Of a stretch of DNA of 64,000 nucleotides, positions 30,235-37,437 are shown piece after piece. This stretch comes from Comamonadaceae bacterium (GTDB taxonomy: Bacteria > Pseudomonadota > Gammaproteobacteria > Burkholderiales > Burkholderiaceae_C), in NCBI GenBank assembly GCA_013297925.1, contig JAAFJC010000009.1, positions 997 to 64,996 of the forward strand, read 5' to 3'. A program made the translations under genes and the position numbers. Positions within the stretch are counted from its first letter, which is position 1; each line of letters starts with the position of its first letter. The notes beneath the pieces are model-generated. The model was not told the DNA's origin and made no database searches. It worked only from the letters and a program-made list of their open reading frames with translations.

Positions 30235-30361
30235 GCCCGTGTGATGTGGCTTTGTGTCTGGCGCAAGTAAAGGGGGAGGCGGGAGATAAGCGCACCGGAG
30301 GAGACGATGCCAATGCCCGCCGGAGGACATGGAGCCAGACGCAAAGCCACATTACACGGGC
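30235..30361 (+). repeat. Family II long-hairpin element, copy U2
   Basis: A 28-bp stem (30235-30262 with 30334-30361) has 2 non-Watson-Crick pairs, both G-U only on the plus strand. It encloses GCAAGUAAAGGGGGA, inner stem GGCGGG/CCCGCC around a 32-nt loop, then GGAGGACAUGGA. Confidence 0.7.
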
Positions 30362-30436
30362 TGCCTCCCCAAGCCATGCACAGAGCGCAACAGCTCACAC
30401 CTTCATTGCCGCATCAATAGCTTTCATAATGGCGGC

Positions 30437-31186
30437 ATGTCTACCCAACCAAAAATCGCCTTGATCGAAGATGATCAGCCCACCAGCGCCCAGCTTGCTG
30501 CGTGGATTCGCGCCGCGCGGCCTGATATTCAGATTGACACTTGGTTTAACCGCGACGATGCAGAAGCCGCGATAACGAGAGAGCGCTACGATGTGGTGTT
30601 GCTCGATATCGAGCTTGGTCATGAGAGAAATGCTGGCGTGGCGCTGATCAACACGATCAACAAGCTGCGCCCTGGCACGCCGGTGCTCGTGATCTCGGCG
30701 ATGCCCGCTGCGATTTACCGCAGCATCATGAAGGCGCTGGATGCTTGGGATTATTTGCAGAAGACGACCTTTGAAGAACGCGATTTCATTGAGACTTTTC
30801 TAGAAATACTGCGTGCAGCCCGCAATTCTCCTGCGCAAGCAGCTACGAATTCAGTAGCGCCTGCAAAGAGCGCAGACGATCTGAGCCTCGATCCCCTGTG
30901 GCAGCGCACGCCTACTTGGCGCGGCCAGCGCGTGAATTTGCCGCTCACGGCGCAGCGCATCTTGGCCACGTTACATCAGAGAGCTGGAGAAGTGGTGAGC
31001 TATGAAGAGCTGTTTGATGTGGTGAAAAGCGGGCGCAGCCGAGACAATGTGCGCAAGCATGTGAGCACGATTCGTGAGGCGTTCAAAGAGGTGGACGAAG
31101 ATTTCGCAGGCATTGAGAACATCCCGATGCGCGGCTTTCGCTGGATGCACGCAAAACCAATTCGCCCTCACGGTGGTTCGGCATGA
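30437..31186 (+). CDS. OmpR/PhoB-type response regulator (REC + winged helix)
   Basis: Contains KIALIEDDQ, VVLLDIEL and a C-terminal trans_reg_C-like region LTAQRILATL..RKHVSTIREAF. An in-frame upstream ATG at 30329 lies inside element U2, so the start is uncertain. Confidence 0.8.
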   Translation: MSTQPKIALIEDDQPTSAQLAAWIRAARPDIQIDTWFNRDDAEAAITRERYDVVLLDIELGHERNAGVALINTINKLRPGTPVLVISAMPAAIYRSIMKALDAWDYLQKTTFEERDFIETFLEILRAARNSPAQAATNSVAPAKSADDLSLDPLWQRTPTWRGQRVNLPLTAQRILATLHQRAGEVVSYEELFDVVKSGRSRDNVRKHVSTIREAFKEVDEDFAGIENIPMRGFRWMHAKPIRPHGGSA

Positions 31187-33312
31187 GAGTTCCGGGTATC
31201 GATTTACCGAAGCTAGAGATGCCCCGCTTGGGGCTGGCCTTCTTCCGCCGCCGTTTGTTTTTCCGCGCGGTGTTTGTGTTGCTGATTGCCGCCACGCTTG
31301 GTTTGGCCTTGGCTGTGTTGCAAGACGAGAAAGAGCGCAGTTACCAAAGCTACCAAGCCAGTTTTAAGAAAACGCAATCAGAAATCTTGGCGCGGCTGCG
31401 CCATCCTGCGGGGCAATTAGCGCTGCTCAATCCGCAGCACAACTCGGCCGACACTGGCTCAGGGCTTGTCCCTCTACTCCTGCCTTTCGGTGCTTTGGAT
31501 TTTGACGATCCGTTCAAAGCGCAGCAAGCGATTGAAAGCGCGGGCTGCGCGGTGCAGCTGCAAGGCGGATCGAGCGTGTGTGCCGCAATTGGCAATAATC
31601 CCTATGCAGGCGGCTTCGTCTATCTCGCCGGCAGCTTCAACAGCGCCGGCTTGCAAGGCCGCGAAAAAGGTCAGTTGGATTTGCAAAGCATCCACCGCGC
31701 CAAAGTGAGCCTGAGCCTGCGCGGCAACACCACGACTTGGATTGCGCCGCTGGAGTTGCAGGAGCGCGATGCTGTGGCAAGCAACGCGCTGGTTGGACGC
31801 TGGGCAGGCTTCCTTGAGGTGGATACCGAGAACCAAGGCAATCAGCTCATCCGCGAATCGCGCCCTATTCGCGAGTTTCGTGGCTGGGTATGGCAAAGCA
31901 GCACGTGTGCGGATGCTGCGAACACGCAGGCAGACTGCCCTCGCCGCGCCTTTTTCTCGATTCGCTTGCCCGCCGAGGCACTGCGCGAGGCAATTTGGCG
32001 CAAGCCGCAAGTGGTGTGGCCGCCGGCAGATTTGAACGAGATTCGGGTGAGCATGCAAGTGGTGAGTGCAGCGGGCAGGGTGTTTGACAGCGCTTCGCCG
32101 CGTGAGGCTGCGCCCAGCGGTTTGGCTGATCTTTCGCAAAGCCTGCTGCCGGGCGAGACTTTGCAACTCAAGCGCCTGTCTGGGCGCAATCAGAGCGCTC
32201 CGCCACAAGTGCTCCGCAATCAGTCGGAAACGCCGGAGCAAATCTCGCCGTGGGTGCGCCGCATCGTGAGCCTGCTGCCGGTGGATACGCAGGTGCCGCC
32301 GCTCAAAGCGGTGGACACGATCAATACGCCCGTGGGCAGCTTTGAAGCGATGCTCACGGGTGATGTGCGCGCTGTGGAGCGCAGCATCAGCATCGTGGCC
32401 ACGCGCATGCTCTGGCTGGTGGGCGCGATGCTGGCGGCGATCGCGCTGGCGTGGGGCTTGATTGAGATTGGCCTCATTCGCCGCGTCACGCAGCTAGCCA
32501 AGCGCGCTGCCGCCGTGTCTTACAACGTGAATGCGCCTGAGCTGGAGAACCGCTTGGCTGCGATGGATGTGAGCGATTTGCGCGGCAAAGATGAGCTGGG
32601 CATTTTGGCGGGCGGTTTATCTGATCTGATGCAGCGCGTGAAAGACGATATCTCGCGTGAGCATGTGCGCGCCCAGGAGGAGCGCCAGATGTGGCATGCC
32701 GTGGGGCACGAGATCATGTCGCCGCTGCAATCGCTGATGGTGTTGCATGGCAAAGACGATGATGCGAGTCATCGCTATGTGCAGCGTATGCAGCAGGCGG
32801 TGAAAGTGCTCTATGGCCAAGCTTCGCCAAGCGAGGCGATTGCCAAGGCTGACGTGGCTGCGGGGGCGTTGGATTTGGATGCCTTCCTAGCTGAAATCGC
32901 CGGCAACGCACATTTCGCGGGGATTGAGCAGGTGGTGTATGAACGCTCAGCGCAGATGACCACGCTCATGGTGAAAGCCGATGAGTTTGCTTTGGAAGAT
33001 GTGGTGACGCATATTTTGAGCAACGCGAAGCGCCATCGCCAGCCGGGCACACCGATCAGGATCAGCGTCACTTTTGATGCTACCCAAGCGATGGTGAAAA
33101 TTCACAACATCGGCGAGCCGATTGATGCGCAACTGCTGCCCAGCATATTTGACTATGGTGTCTCCAGCAACAAAACCGCCGCAGATGACAGCAGCCACCG
33201 TGGGCAGGGCTTGTTTGTGGTGAAAAGCTATATGGGCAAGATGGGCGGCACGGCAAGCGCCGTGAATACGGAAGGCGGAGTGGCGTTTCTGCTTGGCCTC
33301 AATTTGGCTTAA
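31183..33312 (+). CDS. Sensor histidine kinase with a large periplasmic domain
   Basis: ATGA overlap with the regulator gene. Two TM helices flank about 380 aa. It also has a HAMP-like segment, an H box HAVGHEIMSPLQSL, and an HATPase domain (GQGLFVVKSYM). Confidence 0.85.
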   Translation: MRVPGIDLPKLEMPRLGLAFFRRRLFFRAVFVLLIAATLGLALAVLQDEKERSYQSYQASFKKTQSEILARLRHPAGQLALLNPQHNSADTGSGLVPLLLPFGALDFDDPFKAQQAIESAGCAVQLQGGSSVCAAIGNNPYAGGFVYLAGSFNSAGLQGREKGQLDLQSIHRAKVSLSLRGNTTTWIAPLELQERDAVASNALVGRWAGFLEVDTENQGNQLIRESRPIREFRGWVWQSSTCADAANTQADCPRRAFFSIRLPAEALREAIWRKPQVVWPPADLNEIRVSMQVVSAAGRVFDSASPREAAPSGLADLSQSLLPGETLQLKRLSGRNQSAPPQVLRNQSETPEQISPWVRRIVSLLPVDTQVPPLKAVDTINTPVGSFEAMLTGDVRAVERSISIVATRMLWLVGAMLAAIALAWGLIEIGLIRRVTQLAKRAAAVSYNVNAPELENRLAAMDVSDLRGKDELGILAGGLSDLMQRVKDDISREHVRAQEERQMWHAVGHEIMSPLQSLMVLHGKDDDASHRYVQRMQQAVKVLYGQASPSEAIAKADVAAGALDLDAFLAEIAGNAHFAGIEQVVYERSAQMTTLMVKADEFALEDVVTHILSNAKRHRQPGTPIRISVTFDATQAMVKIHNIGEPIDAQLLPSIFDYGVSSNKTAADDSSHRGQGLFVVKSYMGKMGGTASAVNTEGGVAFLLGLNLA

Positions 33313-34025
33313 AGCCTTCTCATCAATTCGCTCACCAACTTCACGGCCAGTGGCCCAGCGATCTCGTTCACAAACTTCGGAAAATCGACATGGGCGTTGT
33401 CATCGGCTTTGTCGGAGATGCTGCGCACAGCTGCAAAGGGAACATGGTAATCGTGGCAGACCTGCGCAATCGCTGCGCCTTCCATTTCAACGCATAAGGC
33501 ATCGGGCAAGGCCTCTCTCAAGGCCTGCACTTCGGCTGCGCTGCTGACGAAGCGATCGCCGCTAATGATCAGTCCCTCATGAATTTTAAAAGGTTTTGAG
33601 CTGTTAGCCCGCATATCGATTGCGCGGAGCGCTTCCAAAAGCATAGCAATTAATGAAGTATCTGCTTGGAAACGGCTGACTCCGGTGTATGGGATTTCAA
33701 AGCGCGGAAAGAGTGGCGAGGCATCCATGTCGTGTTGCAGGTATTGGCTGCCGACGACCACATCACCGACGTTGATGTGAGCGGCCACTGCGCCTGCTAC
33801 GCCCGTAAACACCATCCGCCGCACCTTGTGGCGCTCGATCAGCATAGTGGCCGTCGTGGCGGCGGCGACTTTGCCAACCCCTGCCAAGGCCAAAATGACG
33901 GGCTTTTGATGGACGAATCCAAGCTCTAGCCGGTGTGGAATCTGCGGGAGCCGCTCATGATTTGAGAGCAACTGAACGAGGCCCGTTTGCTCTTCGGGCA
34001 AGGCGCTGATGATGGCGATGGTCAT
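33309..34025 (-). CDS. PNP_UDP_1-family nucleosidase (MTA/SAH nucleosidase-like)
   Basis: Contains IAIISALPEE, FTGVAGA and VEMEGAAIAQV. Its stop overlaps the stop of the kinase gene (TTAA). Confidence 0.75.
   Translation of the reverse strand: MTIAIISALPEEQTGLVQLLSNHERLPQIPHRLELGFVHQKPVILALAGVGKVAAATTATMLIERHKVRRMVFTGVAGAVAAHINVGDVVVGSQYLQHDMDASPLFPRFEIPYTGVSRFQADTSLIAMLLEALRAIDMRANSSKPFKIHEGLIISGDRFVSSAAEVQALREALPDALCVEMEGAAIAQVCHDYHVPFAAVRSISDKADDNAHVDFPKFVNEIAGPLAVKLVSELMRRL
33606..33653 (+). repeat. Family I repeat, copy L, inside the nucleosidase coding sequence
   Basis: gcccgcatatcgattgcgcggagcgcttccaaaagcatagcaattaa. It aligns along its full length with the reverse complement of copy E. 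Confidence 0.65.
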
Positions 34026-34089
34026 TTGCGAGTTATACATGAGCTGGTACTTGGCTGATTTCCATGCCGAGTTACGGGCTTTACATAAC

Positions 34090-34109
34090 TTAATCAATCG
34101 TTTGATTAA
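34090..34109. promoter_or_regulatory. Perfect palindrome TTAATCAA-TCGT-TTGATTAA, candidate TetR operator
   Basis: It lies in the 104-bp divergent region, 21 nt upstream of the TetR start. Confidence 0.45.
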
Positions 34110-34129
34110 ATCGGTTATGATCGCTACCC

Positions 34130-34807
34130 ATGCTCGAAAACCCTCATCCATTGTCTCAGCAAACGCACGAATCCAGCGATTCACGCCAGCGCCTTCTGCA
34201 TGCGGCTCTGCGCTGCTTTGCCGAACATGGCTTCGAAAAAACCTCCACCCGTATGATTGCCGAGGCCGCGCAAGCCAATGTGGCTGCGATTCGGTATTAC
34301 TTTGGGGATAAAGCCGGCATTTACCGCGCTGCCTTCGTAGAGCCGATGGGGCAGCCGCAAGACGATATTCAATTGTTCGACGATCCCAAGCTATCCCTGG
34401 AGCAAGCTTTGCAAGGCCTGTATTCCGGCTTTATCGAGCCTTTGAAGCGCGGCGAGCTGGTGCAGCAGTGCACCAAGCTGCATATGCGCGAGATGGTGGA
34501 GCCCACAGGCTTGTGGAAAGAAGAGATCGATCATGGCATCGCGCCCTATCACCAGGCTTTGGTGAAGGTGCTGTGCCGTCATTTGCAAATCACAGAAGAA
34601 GACGATGATGTGCATCGCTTGGCGATTTGCATCGTGGCGCAAGCAGTGTTTTTGTACATGGGGCGCGAGGTGCTGCAAGCCGTGCGGCCGCGCTTGGTGG
34701 ATAGCCCTGCGGCGCTGGATGTGATGTGCGAGCGGCTGGTGCAGTACGCGCTGGCTTTGGTGCAGGCGGAACAGCTTCGCCGGCACACGGAAGGAACAAA
34801 GAAATGA
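34130..34807 (+). CDS. TetR/AcrR-family regulator
   Basis: HTH sequence RLLHAALRCFAEHGFEKTSTRMIAEAAQANVAAIRYYFGDK. It is the first gene of the efflux operon. Confidence 0.88.
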   Translation: MLENPHPLSQQTHESSDSRQRLLHAALRCFAEHGFEKTSTRMIAEAAQANVAAIRYYFGDKAGIYRAAFVEPMGQPQDDIQLFDDPKLSLEQALQGLYSGFIEPLKRGELVQQCTKLHMREMVEPTGLWKEEIDHGIAPYHQALVKVLCRHLQITEEDDDVHRLAICIVAQAVFLYMGREVLQAVRPRLVDSPAALDVMCERLVQYALALVQAEQLRRHTEGTKK

Positions 34808-36285
34808 ATCTGAAATTAAGCGTCATAACAATGGCGATGTTGCTCGCTGCTTGCGGCAGCGCAGTGAAAATGCCCGATGCCGCGCAAGTGCAAAGCGATG
34901 CGCAAATCCGCGCCGCATCTGCTTGGCAAGCGCCCCTGCCGCAAGGTGGCACTGCGTCAATGCTTCCTCACAACGGTAGCTCAGCGCAACTGGTGAACTG
35001 GTGGACGCAGCTCGGTGATCCCATATTCGATGAACTCATGCACGCCGCGCAAACTGGCAATGCCAGCCTCGCCGCTGCGCTCACCCGCATCGCGCAAGCA
35101 CGCGCAGGCGTGGCGCGTGCCGATGATGCACGCTCGCCCAACTTGAATCTCAATGCCCAAGGCAGCCGAGGCGTGCAGCAGCCCAAAGCGCCACCTGCCA
35201 CAAACCTCTCTGTAGGCCTGCAAGCCTCTTGGGAGCTGGATTTGTGGGGCGGGAACAAAGCCTCGCTCAACGCCGCTGAGCTGCGCGCACGCGGCGCAGA
35301 GCTCTCCTGGCATGAAGCACGCGTGGCAGTAGCCGCAGAGATGGCCAGCGCTTACACCGGCTACCGCTATTGCGAGAATCTGCTTCAGCTGTTGCAGCGC
35401 GATGCCGCCTCGCGCGAAGAAACCGCGCGCTTGGCCGAACTCACCGCCAAGGCTGGCTTCTCAGCGCCTGCCACGGCGCAGCTCGCTCGCGCCAGCAGCT
35501 TGGATGCCAGCGCATCGTTGACTGCCACGCGCGCGCAGTGCGATGCGCAAATCAAAGCTTTGGTATCGCTCAGCGGCATGCCAGAGGCCAGTTTGCGCGA
35601 GAAATTAAAGGCCAATGAGGCTCTGGCCGGCAAAATATCTGCGCAGAACGCTCTGTTTTCAATAGCAGGCGCAATAACGCAAGTGCCTGCGCAGTTGCTC
35701 GCCCAGCGCCCGGATATCGCCTCAGCTCAGCAAGCCGTCACTGCCGCCGCGCTGGATATCCGCTCTGCTGACGCGCGCCGCTATCCATCGCTCAGCTTAA
35801 ATGGCAGCATCGGCGCGGGCAGCGTGCGTCAAATGGGCATGACCAGCGAAGGCCTCACCTGGGGCATTGGCCCGATTGCTTTGAATTTACCGCTGACCAA
35901 TCAAGACGTGACGCGCAGCAATGCCGAAGCCGCCGTGGCAGCTTACAACGAAGCCGTAGCCAGCTTGCAAGCTCGCTCACGCCAAGCCGTGAGCGAGGTG
36001 GAGACAGCACTCGTGCAGCTCAATGCTGCAGCTCTGCGCGGCACGCAAACCAAAGCCGCTGCCGAGGGCTACGCCGCATCGCTCGCAGCCACGCAATCGC
36101 GCTATCGCGCAGGCCTGGCCAGCCTCGTGGAATTGGAAGACTCGCGCCGCACCGCCCTCTTCGCGCAGCAAAACCAACTCGCTGTGGAGCGCGATCGCAT
36201 CGCCGCATGGGTCGCTTTGTACCGCGCCACAGGTGGCGGATGGACGCAAGACGCGCCGATTGCTTCCACCGCAACCAACAAATAA
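34804..36285 (+). CDS. Efflux outer-membrane factor lipoprotein (NodT family)
   Basis: Lipobox LLAACGS, about 490 aa, with two OEP-like repeats. Confidence 0.85.
   Translation: MNLKLSVITMAMLLAACGSAVKMPDAAQVQSDAQIRAASAWQAPLPQGGTASMLPHNGSSAQLVNWWTQLGDPIFDELMHAAQTGNASLAAALTRIAQARAGVARADDARSPNLNLNAQGSRGVQQPKAPPATNLSVGLQASWELDLWGGNKASLNAAELRARGAELSWHEARVAVAAEMASAYTGYRYCENLLQLLQRDAASREETARLAELTAKAGFSAPATAQLARASSLDASASLTATRAQCDAQIKALVSLSGMPEASLREKLKANEALAGKISAQNALFSIAGAITQVPAQLLAQRPDIASAQQAVTAAALDIRSADARRYPSLSLNGSIGAGSVRQMGMTSEGLTWGIGPIALNLPLTNQDVTRSNAEAAVAAYNEAVASLQARSRQAVSEVETALVQLNAAALRGTQTKAAAEGYAASLAATQSRYRAGLASLVELEDSRRTALFAQQNQLAVERDRIAAWVALYRATGGGWTQDAPIASTATNK
35651..35690 (-). repeat. Possible degenerate family I copy (J) inside the OMF gene
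   Basis: ctctgttttcaatagcaggcgcaataacgcaagtgcctgc. The match to copy H is only partial. Confidence 0.25.
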
Positions 36286-36305
36286 CGCCTTTCGAAAGAT
36301 CAAAC

Positions 36306-37412
36306 ATGAACTTCAAAAACAAAACGTTAACTATTGTTTTAATAGCACTTGGCGCAGTATCTTTGCCTGCCATCAGCCTATTTTCCTCTCAAACGCAGGC
36401 TCAGAATACCCCAGCACCTGCAGCTGCGCCCAAAGCCGCACTCACGGTAAGCAGCGTGAGCCCCACCAGCGGCGCGATGGCCATCAAGCTGGGCGCGAAT
36501 GGCACCGTGGCCGCTTGGCAAGAAGCCAGCATTGGCTCGGAAGTCAATGGCCTGCGCTTGCTTGAGGTGCGCGTGAATGTGGGAGATGTGGTGAAAAAAG
36601 GGCAAGTGCTCGCGCGCTTCTCTGCAGAGACAGTGCAAGCCGATTTGATGCAAGCCAAGGCCAGTCTTGCAGAAGCGCAGGCTTCTTTGGCCGCAGCCAG
36701 CGCAGATGTGCAGCGCGCAGCGCCGCTCAAAGACACCGGCGCACTCTCCGCACAGCAAATCGCACAATTCAACACGGCAGAGGCCACGGCCAAAGCCCGC
36801 GTGGAAGCCGCGAAGGCAGCCGTCGCAGCATCGCAAGTGCGCGCCAATCAAGCTGTGCTCACCGCGCCAGATAGCGGCGTGATCTCGGCACGCAATGCCG
36901 CCGTGGGCGCCGTAGTGGGCTCGGGTGCAGAACTGTTTCGCATGGTGCGCCAAGGCCGCTTGGAGTGGCGCGCAGAAGTAACTAGCAATGAAATTGCCAA
37001 AATCAAGCCAGGCGCACCTGTGAGCGTGACAGCAGCAAGCGGTGCAACGGTGAATGGCAAAGTGCGCATCATCGCGCCCACGGTCGATCCCGTGACACGC
37101 AATGCTCTGGTGTATGTGGACATCCCGCAGCATCCCGATATCAAAGCTGGCATGTTCGCCAAAGGCGATTTCGCTCTCGGTCAGCAAACTGCACTGAGCC
37201 TGCCGCAGCAAGCCTTGGTGCTACGCGATGGCTTCACCTATGCGATGCGGATTGAAGCAAATAACAAAGTCTCTGCGGTGAAATTGCAAACCGGTAAGCG
37301 CAGTGGCGATTCTGTGGAGATCGTCTCGGGCGCGAAGGTGGGTGAGCGTTTTGTCGCATCTGGAGCTGCCTTCTTGGCCGAAGGCGACACTGTGCGCGTG
37401 GTCGTGAAATAA
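36306..37412 (+). CDS. RND efflux periplasmic adaptor (MFP/HlyD family)
   Basis: Signal peptide, a coiled-coil hairpin (AEAQASLAAASADVQRA..) and beta-barrel segments. Confidence 0.88.
   Translation: MNFKNKTLTIVLIALGAVSLPAISLFSSQTQAQNTPAPAAAPKAALTVSSVSPTSGAMAIKLGANGTVAAWQEASIGSEVNGLRLLEVRVNVGDVVKKGQVLARFSAETVQADLMQAKASLAEAQASLAAASADVQRAAPLKDTGALSAQQIAQFNTAEATAKARVEAAKAAVAASQVRANQAVLTAPDSGVISARNAAVGAVVGSGAELFRMVRQGRLEWRAEVTSNEIAKIKPGAPVSVTAASGATVNGKVRIIAPTVDPVTRNALVYVDIPQHPDIKAGMFAKGDFALGQQTALSLPQQALVLRDGFTYAMRIEANNKVSAVKLQTGKRSGDSVEIVSGAKVGERFVASGAAFLAEGDTVRVVVK
36331..36370 (-). repeat. Family I-like copy (H) encoding the adaptor signal-peptide core
   Basis: ctattgttttaatagcacttggcgcagtatctttgcctgc. 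About 30 of 40 nt are identical to copy F, including AATAGC and GCGCAGTAT. Confidence 0.5.
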
Positions 37413-37437
37413 GTAGCCAAGCAAAGAAGGATCAACC

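Noticed and set aside
29899-30330. ORFs crossing the family II hairpins: 143 aa on the minus strand, plus 30053-30244(+) and 30162-30398(-).
   Set aside because: They translate the two arms of perfect inverted repeats, so the same peptide strings (ARAPGADG, SPEHPGRMA) appear in ORFs on both strands. No family resemblance is visible. They are treated as by-products of the palindromes.
30066-30361. Reading the interleaved repeats (order A B C A' D C' B' D') as a riboswitch/attenuator with two designed alternative folds, as an inverton/shufflon, or as a retron msr-msd.
   Set aside because: The interleaving is fully explained by two inverted copies of one hairpin family. A third copy at 50451 sits in a non-leader context. 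No recombinase, reverse transcriptase or ligand-class signature is present. The alternative fold is kept only as a secondary note in the findings.
30400-30440. A possible degenerate family I copy (caatagc ... aatggcggc) at the response-regulator start.
   Set aside because: Only two short blocks match, and the central GCGCA block and the first hairpin arm are missing. That is not enough to call.
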